Source of the DNA: an uncultured Desulfospira sp.
GTDB taxonomy: Bacteria; Desulfobacterota; Desulfobacteria; Desulfobacterales; Desulfobacteraceae
Assembly (NCBI GenBank): GCA_963663165.1
Contig: OY760175.1
Coordinates: 5,312,001-5,376,000 of the forward strand
Reading direction: 5' to 3'
Length of the DNA: 64,000 nucleotides
Shown: one piece after another, positions 20,194 to 29,887 of the stretch
Layout: each line of letters opens with the position of its first letter
Numbering within the stretch: position 1 is the first letter of the stretch
Made by a program: the position numbers and the translations under genes
The notes under the pieces: generated by a model
Told to the model about the DNA's origin: nothing
The model's database searches: none
What the model saw: the letters and a program-made list of their open reading frames with translations, nothing else

Positions 20194-21306
20194 TTCGGAT
20201 TCCGGTTTTTGTTTTTGTGAAGCTGCCGCAGCATGTTCGAACCGTTCGGTCCGGCTCTCCACGGTGTATGGCTGGCCTGTGATCTTAAGGCCCTTGAGCT
20301 TTTTGGCGTATTCCATTTTAACCATGTTGCGCCCGCCTTTTCCTTCCAGGGCTTTTTTCAGGGATTCAATTCCCCTTGCCTCGCTTTTTTTCCGGGCAAG
20401 GGTAGCCTCGCCTTTTTTCTCCAGCCTGTAGAATTCTGCATCAGCACCGACGGTTGTCTTCTTATGATAGGCATCGGCCGCTCTTTTAACCCTTTCCGCC
20501 TCAGCCTTTGCCTGGATAACCAGTTTTTCCATTTCACCGCGAAACTGCTCCACCGCTACATTTTTTTTGGCTGTTTCGTCCACCTTGGCGGTTTCTTTGA
20601 TCTGTTCGGCGGCCAGTGCCTTGGACTGCTCTTCGAGCACGGCCTGGTCTGCCAGCTTCTTTTTCTTGATCAGTTCTTCATATTTTGCGTAAAACCGGGG
20701 TTTCTGGGGAACAACGATATCGTCCAACTGGATTCCAAAACGCTGCAGCCGCTCTTTGGCCTCCTGTTTGGCCTTCACGATCTGTGCGTTCCTTTTCGCG
20801 GAATCATAGAATTCTTCGGTTGTGAGTTCTCCCAAATGATCACGGCAGATGGACCGGACATAATCATGGGCCCATTTGTACTTATAGCGGTCCCCCGGAC
20901 CGGACGTGAACAGGACTTTTTCCGCCATGGTGGCATCAATGCGATACTGGACCTTGAGGGCAACATAAACATCACTGCCGTCAATGGTTTTTATTTTAAG
21001 CCGGTTATCGCCGGTCATGTCCAGGGTCTGCAATGTTTTTTCCAACACATAAAATTCATGGGAGATACCATTGTAAAGACGAACCCCGGACTGGGGGATG
21101 ACCTCCAGGCTCCCGCTCATTTTGTTCAATAGAATGCCCACCTGGGTGCCTTGTACGCGGCCCACACGAATACACAGCAGCAAAAGGACTACCAATACCA
21201 GAACAGCGGCGGCAACCCACAACAGATTGTTTCCGAAGAGGTGGCGCAGCGTCTTCAGGTCTGCCTTTTTTTTTCCGGGAGGAAAATCAACGTCAGTTAA
21301 TGTCAT
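20191..21306 (-). CDS. SPFH/band-7 membrane protein
   Basis: N-terminal TM, KTIDGSDVYV..VQYRID, LGELTTEEFYD, coiled-coil tail. Confidence 0.85.
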   Translation of the reverse strand: MTLTDVDFPPGKKKADLKTLRHLFGNNLLWVAAAVLVLVVLLLLCIRVGRVQGTQVGILLNKMSGSLEVIPQSGVRLYNGISHEFYVLEKTLQTLDMTGDNRLKIKTIDGSDVYVALKVQYRIDATMAEKVLFTSGPGDRYKYKWAHDYVRSICRDHLGELTTEEFYDSAKRNAQIVKAKQEAKERLQRFGIQLDDIVVPQKPRFYAKYEELIKKKKLADQAVLEEQSKALAAEQIKETAKVDETAKKNVAVEQFRGEMEKLVIQAKAEAERVKRAADAYHKKTTVGADAEFYRLEKKGEATLARKKSEARGIESLKKALEGKGGRNMVKMEYAKKLKGLKITGQPYTVESRTERFEHAAAASQKQKPESE

Positions 21307-21354
21307 TATTTATTCTCCATGGTTAAATGTTTGATATCAGTTTTTTTTAAAGGA

Positions 21355-22185
21355 TCAGTCATCGGGCGGCTTGTCTTTGTGCCGCCATATTTTCAGGGCG
21401 GTAATCGGGGCTGCCACCACAAAAAGGCCGAATAATAAGGGCAGGGGCACATGCATCAGGGCAAGGAGGAAAACCCCCAGCAGCATCCCGGCAATGCTGA
21501 AGATGATACGGATGAGCTTAAGCTCCATATCTTCGGCAACGGCTGCGGGATGTTGCAGGATATTCTCCATATTCTTTTGATACAGCGCTTTGGGGTAGGT
21601 GATGTCAGGAAACGTGTATAGAAGGGTTGCCGAATCACTGTCCAGGTCGATTTTGAGATAGTGCGCCAAAGCCATGGCCTTTAGTTTTTTTTGCATCCGT
21701 TTGAGCGTGTACCGGGAATATCCGGCCAGGTGGGATGCTGAATGCGGCTTTTTGCTTTTGGCGGATAAATAAAGAATCTCATGTTCGTAGACGGCTTTGG
21801 CCGGCCAGCCCGTGGATTCCGCCAGGCGGTTTGATTCCTTGTCAAGGGATTCTTCGCAGACCCGGCAAAGCATCTTTTCCCCGGGGGCCAGATTGGCGGT
21901 GCATGAAAGGCAGGTATGGGACGGATCACTACACGGTTCTTCATCTGATTCCCCGGCCCGGACAAATTCATATGCGGGGAATCCGTCCTGTTCGCCGGTA
22001 ACCACGGAATGTCCGTCTGTCATATTATCAAGGCAGGATCGAATTAAGTCCAGGGACAAGGGAAGATAAGGTGCCAGGTGGTTTACGGTAATAACGCCGT
22101 TATGGCCTTGTGACACTTGATAGGCCAGGTTTTCCACAATGTTCGCTGCCGTTTCATTGAGCATGCCGGTTGTTAGTTTATCCAT
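21355..22185 (-). CDS. Hypothetical protein with CxxC...CxxC motif and two C-terminal TM helices
   Basis: 276-aa ORF with CLSC...CRVC and a hydrophobic C-terminus. Co-oriented upstream of the SPFH pair. Confidence 0.7.
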   Translation of the reverse strand: MDKLTTGMLNETAANIVENLAYQVSQGHNGVITVNHLAPYLPLSLDLIRSCLDNMTDGHSVVTGEQDGFPAYEFVRAGESDEEPCSDPSHTCLSCTANLAPGEKMLCRVCEESLDKESNRLAESTGWPAKAVYEHEILYLSAKSKKPHSASHLAGYSRYTLKRMQKKLKAMALAHYLKIDLDSDSATLLYTFPDITYPKALYQKNMENILQHPAAVAEDMELKLIRIIFSIAGMLLGVFLLALMHVPLPLLFGLFVVAAPITALKIWRHKDKPPDD

Positions 22186-22327
22186 AAAAAGCCTGTTTGA
22201 TTGATATTCGTATGGTGTAATGGAGCCTTTTGATTAATTCCCTTTCTTGTATCGATAATTTATGAAATGGTCAAATTCATTATCCAGCCTGGCCCCAAAT
22301 TTTTATGAGAAATCTGCCAGTTTGGTG

Positions 22328-22356
22328 TTGACAGGATGGTTAAGCTGCTTTACTGT
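22328..22356 (+). promoter_or_regulatory. Sigma70-type promoter of marR overlapping a degenerate operator
   Basis: TTGACA-17 bp-TACTGT. Spacer contains ATGGTTAAGCTGCTTTAC, which resembles the palindrome at 22840-22860. Confidence 0.6.
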
Positions 22357-22363
22357 CATTGGT

Positions 22364-22825
22364 ATGAACCAGGAATTAAAAAAGAAAATTGTCAACAACT
22401 TCATGCAGGTGGCCAGAAAGTTTGCCGAAGTGGAAACAGTCCCCATCACGGTGGCCGGTGATCTCACCGTTTCAACCCGGGAAGCCCATGCCATTGAAAG
22501 TGTCGGGGAAGGCCATTGTGTCAATGTGACTCAGATTGCCGCCTATTTCGGGTTTACCAAAAGTGCGGCATCCCAGCTGGTTTCAAAATTGACCCGCCAG
22601 GGGTTTATCGTTAAAAAACAGGCCGTCCACAGCAATAAGGAACTGGAGCTGTCCCTGACCCCCCTGGGCTGGCAGGCCTTTGAAGCCCACGCCCGGATGC
22701 ACGGCCATGACCTTGAACGGGTCCTGGAAACCATGGACAGTGCTGAGATTGAAGTCCTGATGCAGTTAAACGACCTGTTGGGACGCCTTAACGGTATTAT
22801 GGACCAGCGGTTGAAAAGCCGATAA
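22364..22825 (+). CDS. MarR family regulator
   Basis: TQIAAYFGFTKSAASQLVSKLTRQGFI...LSLTPLG winged HTH. Confidence 0.9.
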   Translation: MNQELKKKIVNNFMQVARKFAEVETVPITVAGDLTVSTREAHAIESVGEGHCVNVTQIAAYFGFTKSAASQLVSKLTRQGFIVKKQAVHSNKELELSLTPLGWQAFEAHARMHGHDLERVLETMDSAEIEVLMQLNDLLGRLNGIMDQRLKSR

Positions 22826-22839
22826 ATTTTTTTGCCGTT

Positions 22840-22860
22840 ATGGTTAAGTTTCTTAACCAT
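22840..22860. promoter_or_regulatory. Palindromic operator upstream of the RND operon
   Basis: ATGGTTAAG-ttt-CTTAACCAT perfect inverted repeat. Confidence 0.7.
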
Positions 22861-22885
22861 AATAATTCAGTAACAGGAGGTGATC

Positions 22886-24007
22886 ATGAAAAAAATAATT
22901 TTATCCTTAGGCGCCTTGGCATTAGCGGCTTTTGCCCTGTTTTTTTTGAATGCCGGAACCCGGCTGTTTCCCGAACGGGTTTCGGCTCAGGATCAGGTTG
23001 GAAAAAATGTGGTCCGGCCGATCCCCACAGCCCGGGCAATACCATACCGGCCCGAACAGGTGGTGTGTTTTCCGGGCAAGGTCAAAGCGGCCCGCCGGGC
23101 AGCGCTTTCCTTCCAGATTGCAGGACAAATCGAGCAGCTCAATATCCTCGAAGGCCAGCAGGTCAAAAAAGGAGACCTCCTGGCCGGACTTGACCGGAAA
23201 AATTACCTTTACGAGGTCAGGGCGGCCAGAGCCGGATACCAGGCGGCGGAACAGGATTTCAACCGGGCATCCCAACTTTATAGGGAAAAGGTGATCAGCC
23301 GTGCCCGGTTTGACACTGCCCAGTCCGCCCATGATATTGCCCGTGCCCGGCTGGATATAAAGGAAAAGGCCCTGGCCGACACCCGGCTGGTGGCGCCGTT
23401 TAACGGCCTGGTGGCCAAACGGTATGTAGAGAAAAAAGAACATGTGAATGTGGGAGAACCGGTTCTCCTTCTCCAGGATGTTTCCGGAATAGAGGTCGAA
23501 GTCCAGCTGCCCGAGCAACTGGTTGCCCGGGGCGGGACAGATATCCTGAGCCAGTTGAGTGTCCGCTTTGACGCCGACCCGGAAACCGCCTTTTCAGCCA
23601 CGGCCATGGAACTGAGCATGGAATCAAGCCGGGATACCCGTACTTACGCCCTGGTTATCAAACTGACGTCTCCTTCAGGCATGCAGCTTCTTCCCGGCAT
23701 GACCGCCACGGTCACCGGGACCGTCAGGCCGTCAGGCCCTGAAGCGACCCCAAGCCAGACAATGCTGGTTCCGGTCCAGGCCGTGGTGTTTGACCCCCAT
23801 GCCCGGCCCTATGTCTGGATTGTGGACCCCCAAACCCAGAAGGCCCGGAAAAGGCCGGTGGGGATCGGTTCCATGCACGGCGGCAGCATCGAAGTGACCA
23901 AAGGCCTCAAGGCTGATGAACTGGTGGCCACAGCCGGGCTGCACAGCCTGAATGAAGCGCAGCCGGTCCGGCCCATGAAGGCCGGAAAGGAAGGGTTGGA
24001 AGGATGA
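22886..24007 (+). CDS. RND efflux periplasmic adaptor subunit
   Basis: LSFQIAG..EGQQVKKGDLLA, LVAPFNG, LLPGMTA. Confidence 0.92.
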   Translation: MKKIILSLGALALAAFALFFLNAGTRLFPERVSAQDQVGKNVVRPIPTARAIPYRPEQVVCFPGKVKAARRAALSFQIAGQIEQLNILEGQQVKKGDLLAGLDRKNYLYEVRAARAGYQAAEQDFNRASQLYREKVISRARFDTAQSAHDIARARLDIKEKALADTRLVAPFNGLVAKRYVEKKEHVNVGEPVLLLQDVSGIEVEVQLPEQLVARGGTDILSQLSVRFDADPETAFSATAMELSMESSRDTRTYALVIKLTSPSGMQLLPGMTATVTGTVRPSGPEATPSQTMLVPVQAVVFDPHARPYVWIVDPQTQKARKRPVGIGSMHGGSIEVTKGLKADELVATAGLHSLNEAQPVRPMKAGKEGLEG

Positions 24008-27000
24008 AAAGTTCCGGGTTATATGCGGTGCGCTACAAGGTCGTCACCCTGGTTTTCAGTCTGCTGATTGCCCTTGGCGGCATATTCAGTTTTCTTCATA
24101 TCGGACGCCTGGAAGATCCGGAATTCACCATCAAGGAAGCCGTGATCTATACATCATACCCCGGGGCCTCTGCCCGGCAGGTGGAGCTTGAAGTGACCGA
24201 GCCCGTTGAAACGGCCATCCAGCAGCTCAAACAGCTTAAAGAAGTCCGTTCCATTTCCCGGCCGGGCATTTCCATCATTTTTGCCGAAACAAAGGAAATT
24301 TACGATAAGCATAATCTCCCCCAGGTGTGGGACGAGCTTCGCCGAAAGGTGGGGGCTGTCAAAGACCAACTGCCGCCGGGATGCCGGGACCCGGTAGTCA
24401 ATGATGACTTCGGGGATGTTTACGGGGTGCTGTTTGCCGTTACCGGGGACGGATACGACAAAACCCAGCTTAAGGCCTATGCCGAGGACCTGCGCCGGGA
24501 ACTGCTTACCTGTACCGATGTGGGCAGAATTGATTTCTGGGGCCTGCCCCAGGAAGCGGTTTTTATCGAAATGGACCGGGCAAGGCTTTCACAGCTCGGC
24601 TTGAACCCCAACACCATTTTTGACACCCTCCGGGCACAAAACAGCGTCACGGTGGCCGGGGCCGTGCCGGTAGGGCCTGAATACGTTCCCTTTCGCATTA
24701 GCGGCGACTATACCGCCATGGAAGATATGGGCAGCCAGCTGATCACCGGTTCCCAGGGGCGGATGATCCGGCTCAAGGAAATTGCCCGGATCCGGCACGA
24801 CACGGTGACGCCGGCTGCCGAACTTATGCGCTACAACGGCAAAGAGGCCATCGGCATCGGTATTTCCACCGTGTCCGGCGGCAATGTCATTGCCATGGGC
24901 AGATCCATTGGCCGGCGGTTGCAGGAACTTGATGCCAGCACCCCTTTCGGGATCACCATCCACCCCGTCACCAGCCAGTCCAGAATTGTTGAAGAGGCGG
25001 TTTCCGGATTTGTCTTCAACCTGATCAGTGCGGTAGCCATTGTCATTGCCCTGCTCATTGTTTTCATGGGCTGGCGTGAAGGACTGATCATCGGTTTTGT
25101 GCTCATCCTCACCATCCTGGCCACCTTGATGGTCATGAATGCCTGGGGCATCACCCTTCAGCGGATCTCCTTAGGGGCCCTGATCATTGCCCTGGGCATG
25201 CTGGTGGACAACGCCATCGTGGTGACCGAAGGCATTATCGCCAGGCTTGCCAGGGGAATGGAAAGGGAACAGGCCGCTGATGCATCGGTCCGGGAAACCA
25301 TGTGGCCGCTTTTGGGGGCCACCGTTATCGCCATTCTGGCCTTTGCCGCCATTTCCCTGTCCAAAGACATGACCGGTGAATGGCTGGCCAGCCTGTTCCA
25401 GGTGATCTGCCTTTCATTGGGGTTAAGCTGGGTCTTTGCCATCACCACGGTCCCCTGCCTCTGTGTCCTGGTTTTGCCGGTTTCAAAAAATATGGCTGGA
25501 AATAAGCATTCACCCCGGTTTTTCAGGGTTTACAAAGCCGTTGTCGGCAAGGCCATTGACCACCGGTGGCTGACCCTGGCCGGGGTCATGGGCCTTCTGG
25601 CCGTTGCCATGTGGGGTTTTGGCCATGTCAAGCAGGATTTTATGCCCGATACCAACCGCGCCCAGTTTACCGTTGATATCTGGATGCCCCAGGGCACCCA
25701 TATTGACAGCACGGCAAAGCAGCTGGCGCAGGTCGAACAATATGTTGCCGCCCTTGAAGGGGTTAAGGGGATCACCAGCTTTATCGGCCGGGGGCCGTTG
25801 CGCTTTCTGCTTACCTTTTCGCCTGAAATGCCGGACAGTGCCTATGCCCAGCTGCTGGTGGATGTGGACGATTTTCAAAGGGTTCCCCTGTTGAAACGTC
25901 AGATCCAGCAATGGTTGGACCAAAAGATCCCCCAGGTCATCGGCAGTGTGGATGCCTTTAAACTCGGCCCCGGCGGCGGTGCGGTGGTGGCCCGCCTGAG
26001 CGGGCCGGAAACCCAAACCTTAAGGCAGTTGGCCAGCCAGGTCACGGCACTGATGGCCGCACACCCCAACTGCCGCAGCATCCGGACGGACTGGGGCAAC
26101 CAGATCAAGGTCAGCCAGGTCAATTTGGCCCATGTCCGGGCCCAGGGTCTGGGAATCCTGCGGCCCGAAATTGCCGCCTCCATTGCCATGAATTTCACCG
26201 GCTCCGTTGTCGGCCAATACCGGTACGGGGACGACCTGCTGCCCATTATCCTGCAACCGCCTAAATCCCAGCGGGACACCATTGACGCACTGGATGGCGT
26301 GCAGGTTTTCAGCCGGATGAAAAATAAGTGGGTGCCGGTCCGTCAGGTCACCAACGCCACAACCCCTGCGGCTGAAGACGGTGTCATTCATCGCCTTAAC
26401 CGGAAACGGACCCTGCGGGTGTTTTGCAAGCAGCGGGAAGGGACCACGGACGCCCTGTTTCGCCAGTTGTCCCCATTAATTGAAAAAGAACTGCCCCTGC
26501 CGGCAGGCTATTCCCTGGAATGGGGCGGCGAACATGAGGAGCAGGTTGAAGCCAATACCAAGTTGATGTCCAATTTCCCCATCGCCTTTGCCGGGATGTT
26601 CCTGGTCACGGTGCTGCTCTTTAACAGCCTGCGGTATCCCTTGATTATTTTCATGGGCCTGCCCCTGGTGGTTGTGGGGGTTGCGCCCGGGATGCTCATT
26701 GCCGATAAAGCCTTCGGGTTCATGGCCATGCTGGGATTTTTGAGCCTGTTCGGCATGCTGATCAAAAATGAGATTGTTCTTTTGGAACAAATCAGGGTTG
26801 AACTTGCCGCCGGAAAAGAGCCCTTTTCCGCAGTGCTGGATTCTTCGGCCGGCCGCATCCGGCCCGTTACCATGGCCACCTTCACCACGGTTCTGGGCAT
26901 GATCCCGCTGCTCACGGACGCCTTTTTCAGCCCCATGGCCGCCACCATTATGGGGGGCCTAAGTTTTGCCACCCTGCTGACCCTGGTGGTGGTGCCGGTG

Positions 27001-27066
27001 TTTTTCAGCACCCTGTTTTCAATCCGCCGACCTGCTGTAGACAAGTTTCAAGGACAAATCTCATGA
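24004..27066 (+). CDS. RND efflux permease (AcrB/AcrD/AcrF family)
   Basis: 1020 aa, GMLVDNAIVV, RIRPVTMAT, 12-TM pattern. Confidence 0.95.
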   Translation: MKSSGLYAVRYKVVTLVFSLLIALGGIFSFLHIGRLEDPEFTIKEAVIYTSYPGASARQVELEVTEPVETAIQQLKQLKEVRSISRPGISIIFAETKEIYDKHNLPQVWDELRRKVGAVKDQLPPGCRDPVVNDDFGDVYGVLFAVTGDGYDKTQLKAYAEDLRRELLTCTDVGRIDFWGLPQEAVFIEMDRARLSQLGLNPNTIFDTLRAQNSVTVAGAVPVGPEYVPFRISGDYTAMEDMGSQLITGSQGRMIRLKEIARIRHDTVTPAAELMRYNGKEAIGIGISTVSGGNVIAMGRSIGRRLQELDASTPFGITIHPVTSQSRIVEEAVSGFVFNLISAVAIVIALLIVFMGWREGLIIGFVLILTILATLMVMNAWGITLQRISLGALIIALGMLVDNAIVVTEGIIARLARGMEREQAADASVRETMWPLLGATVIAILAFAAISLSKDMTGEWLASLFQVICLSLGLSWVFAITTVPCLCVLVLPVSKNMAGNKHSPRFFRVYKAVVGKAIDHRWLTLAGVMGLLAVAMWGFGHVKQDFMPDTNRAQFTVDIWMPQGTHIDSTAKQLAQVEQYVAALEGVKGITSFIGRGPLRFLLTFSPEMPDSAYAQLLVDVDDFQRVPLLKRQIQQWLDQKIPQVIGSVDAFKLGPGGGAVVARLSGPETQTLRQLASQVTALMAAHPNCRSIRTDWGNQIKVSQVNLAHVRAQGLGILRPEIAASIAMNFTGSVVGQYRYGDDLLPIILQPPKSQRDTIDALDGVQVFSRMKNKWVPVRQVTNATTPAAEDGVIHRLNRKRTLRVFCKQREGTTDALFRQLSPLIEKELPLPAGYSLEWGGEHEEQVEANTKLMSNFPIAFAGMFLVTVLLFNSLRYPLIIFMGLPLVVVGVAPGMLIADKAFGFMAMLGFLSLFGMLIKNEIVLLEQIRVELAAGKEPFSAVLDSSAGRIRPVTMATFTTVLGMIPLLTDAFFSPMAATIMGGLSFATLLTLVVVPVFFSTLFSIRRPAVDKFQGQIS

Positions 27067-28448
27067 ACTCACAGCTTTTAAAAATATTACATCGGACCCT
27101 TGGGGGTGCCCTGTTGATCCTTTTGCTGCCGTTGTGTTTCAACGAGGCTTTGGGGGAAGTGGAAAAGCCCGCCCCCCTTTTAATGGAAATTCCCTGTGGC
27201 CGGCTGACCCTGGCCCAGGCCCAGAAGACGGCGCTTTCGGCGTCCCCTCAGGTGAAAGAAATGCTGGCCCGCATTAAAGAAGCCGATGCCCGCTGCCGGC
27301 AGGCCCGGGCCGCCTTATGGCCGACAGTGTCGGTTCATGCCGGCCACGACTGGCAGGATCTGTCCATGCGGCCGGACTGGCAGCCCCAGGTGCGCGTGGA
27401 AGAAAGCTTCACCCATTTCAATGCCGGGATCCAGGCCAACTGGCTTCTCTTTGACGGATTCAGCACCCGGGCCTCCATTCTGGCGGCAGAGGCTGACAAA
27501 CAGGCAGGCAAAAGCATTGCCGACGATGCCCGCCGCCTGGTGGTCCAGGCTGTGGCCACCGCCTTTTACCAGGCCCAGCTGGCCGCCCAGGGCATGCAGA
27601 TCGCCCGGCAGAACAGCCTGTTTAACCGGCGCCTGGAACAGGACGCTGAAAAACGCTGCCGGGCCGGTGTTGTGCCCCGGGCCGATTATTTAAATTTCAG
27701 CGTTAAATCCCTTCAGGCGGAAAATAACTTTCTTAAGGCCGGGCAATATCATGCCGTGGCCTGCGCTATGCTGGCCAGGCTGATGGTATGGCCGGACCCA
27801 ACGCTTTCCCGGGATATGGTCCCGGTGGCAGGGTCGCCGGTTGAAACCCTGGAGGAACTGCCGCAGTTTGACCGGGAACTGGCCTATGCCATGGATCGCC
27901 GGCCTGATCTAAAGTCCCTTGCCGCCAGGGAAGAGGCCCTGTTACATACCCGGATAAGTGACAAGGGCCGGTATTTCCCCAAGCTGTATCTGAAAGCCGG
28001 TTATGATTATGATGAATACCGCAATTACGGAACCATTAACCAGACCGAACACGGCAGCGCCATCGGCCTTTGCTTTGACTGGGACCTTTTCAGCGGCGGC
28101 CTTCGCCGGGCAAAAATTAGTGAAACCCAGGCACAGCTAATCCGGTTAAACCATGAAAAAGAACAAAAAATTCTGGAGATCCGAGCGGCTCTGGAACAGG
28201 CCCTCGTCAGGGCGGATGCCGCACGGGCCGTGTATCAGCGGGAACAGTATACCTTAACCCTGGTCCGGCAAATCCGTGACCATGTGGAAAAATCCTACCG
28301 GGCCGGGGCCACGACCCTGACCCGGCTCAACGAGGCCCAGACCGACCTGGTCACCCTGTCCGCCGCCGCAGCCACCAGCCGCATCAATTACCTTCAGCAG
28401 CTCGAAGCCCTGCGGGCCGAAAGCGGCCGGAACCTGGAAGACAGGTAA
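27063..28448 (+). CDS. TolC family outer-membrane efflux protein
   Basis: Signal peptide, WLLFDG and WDLFSGG repeats, helical hairpins. Confidence 0.9.
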   Translation: MNSQLLKILHRTLGGALLILLLPLCFNEALGEVEKPAPLLMEIPCGRLTLAQAQKTALSASPQVKEMLARIKEADARCRQARAALWPTVSVHAGHDWQDLSMRPDWQPQVRVEESFTHFNAGIQANWLLFDGFSTRASILAAEADKQAGKSIADDARRLVVQAVATAFYQAQLAAQGMQIARQNSLFNRRLEQDAEKRCRAGVVPRADYLNFSVKSLQAENNFLKAGQYHAVACAMLARLMVWPDPTLSRDMVPVAGSPVETLEELPQFDRELAYAMDRRPDLKSLAAREEALLHTRISDKGRYFPKLYLKAGYDYDEYRNYGTINQTEHGSAIGLCFDWDLFSGGLRRAKISETQAQLIRLNHEKEQKILEIRAALEQALVRADAARAVYQREQYTLTLVRQIRDHVEKSYRAGATTLTRLNEAQTDLVTLSAAAATSRINYLQQLEALRAESGRNLEDR

Positions 28449-28513
28449 ATGTCGTCAGCCAAACGGTTAGGCACAGTATAAATTTTTGTTGTTTATAAGC
28501 AACACATTTTGTA

Positions 28514-28608
28514 TAACGGCCACGGGCCGCTTTGGTTATCCAACCAAGAGCCGCCCACAACAAATATTGAAAGTCTTTTCAGGACCTTAGTGAGACTTTC
28601 ATATAAAA
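28514..28608 (+). repeat. Dispersed ~95-bp repeat, copy 4
   Basis: TAACGGCCACGGGCCGC...CCGCCCACAAC...GAAAGTC...GACTTTCATATAAAA. Confidence 0.85.
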
Positions 28609-28639
28609 TTAAGAAAGTGTTGACTATAGGTGACAAAAA

Positions 28640-28841
28640 ATGAAAATTCCGGATTATGAAGACGGGGACCGGCTGTATGTCCAGGCCGCTTACCTGATTC
28701 CCGATGACCGGGTAAGGGACCGTGAGTTTGGAAACCTCCTCATGGTTTCAGATAATTATCCCAAAAAAGTGGTCTCCATGGACCCGGTCACCGAAGGGTA
28801 TTGAGCATGTCCACCTGTCCGATTTCCTGCTGTCCATCTAA
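28640..28841 (+). pseudogene. C-terminal remnant of an AAA+ ATPase (COG1373/DUF4143-type), frameshifted
   Basis: Manual translation: LYVQAAYLIPDDRVRDREFGNLLMVSDNYPKKVVSMD, then in a shifted frame GIEHVHLSDFLLSI*. Confidence 0.65.
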
Positions 28842-28870
28842 CCTGAAGCGTTGCCGCATTTTCATACCTT

Positions 28871-29580
28871 TTATTGGCAACCACGAGGAAGATGCCCCTG
28901 GCGGCGATGCTGCTGTTTCATTATGCCCCAGTAATTTCTTTGGCTTTTGACCTGAAAGATTTTAAAATCCGGCAATAAAACAGCGCTTAAGTTTTTTCCG
29001 TAACAGCATCCGGTGTCCACAAAGAATATCCGGTCATGCACCACGGCCACTTCTCCTATTTATTTTTTGAACACCCTTTTTTGGGAGATGTCCCGGTGGC
29101 CGGCAATAATGGGTTTTTCCGGATCACAAAGGTCATACCAGGGCTTGTTGTACTGTTTTTTTAAATATTGCTCTCCGTTGCGTGTCCCCAAGAGCACCTG
29201 CTTTTTTTGTCGGTCAAGGGGAACCCCCGGTTCAAGGAAACCGTGGATCAGCAGGGCCGGCTCTGTATCCATATAAACGGGCAGTTTCCTTAGCCATTGG
29301 ATCAGGCCTTCATACCCTGTCCGTGAAAATTCCTGCCGGGTGATTTCCTGGGCCGTTGAAGGGGGAACAATGCCCTGGTGGCAGAGAAGATGCTTGTGTT
29401 CATGGTTCCCCAACAGGGAGCAGGCCTGTTCATTTTTGATAAAAAAATCAGTCGCCGGTTTGGAATCCGGCCCCCGGTCCAGCATATCCCCTAGAGAGAT
29501 GATCCGGTCCCGGAGTGAGAGGCCGGCTTTTTCAATCAAAGCCGCAAGTTCCCTGTAACAGCCGTAAATGTTATTCATGA
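28871..29580 (-). pseudogene. Metallophosphoesterase (PrpE/ApaH-like), 5'-damaged with an in-frame stop
   Basis: GDMLDRGP, GNHE, HG and GH motifs are present. The first DxH motif reads NIYG next to a REP. The same frame continues past TAA (29060-29062) with VDTGCCYGKNLSA. Confidence 0.75.
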
Positions 29581-29582
29581 AA

Positions 29583-29640
29583 GGGCGATTCATGAATCGC
29601 CCCTACGGCCGACCCAACAACACTGCCTCATCCGGTCGCC
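29583..29640. repeat. GTAG-type REP element
   Basis: GGGCGATTCATGAATCGCCCCTAC plus tail CCCAACAACAC, shared with 50489-50550. Confidence 0.75.
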
Positions 29641-29887
29641 CGTTTTCGGTCTCCGGACTCTTTTTTATATATCATAAAATTTACAACAACATCCAACCAT
29701 CATGGCGGATTATAAGTGTGGTTATCCTGGATACAAATCTTGACTTTAGGGCCTGGGGTATCCTATATCCAGAAGCATTCAAAAATCTGCAGCTATGGAT
29801 AGATCTGCAGTACCAACTTTTCGCGATCAATACCGGCTGCCTGAGAGTAAACCTGTTTTTTGATTTCAAACGGTAGGGGACAAGCGG

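Noticed and set aside
29568..29876. 102-aa ORF upstream of the rSAM gene as a RiPP precursor
   Set aside because: Starts inside a REP, has no RBS and shows no repeated core motif. Likely spurious.
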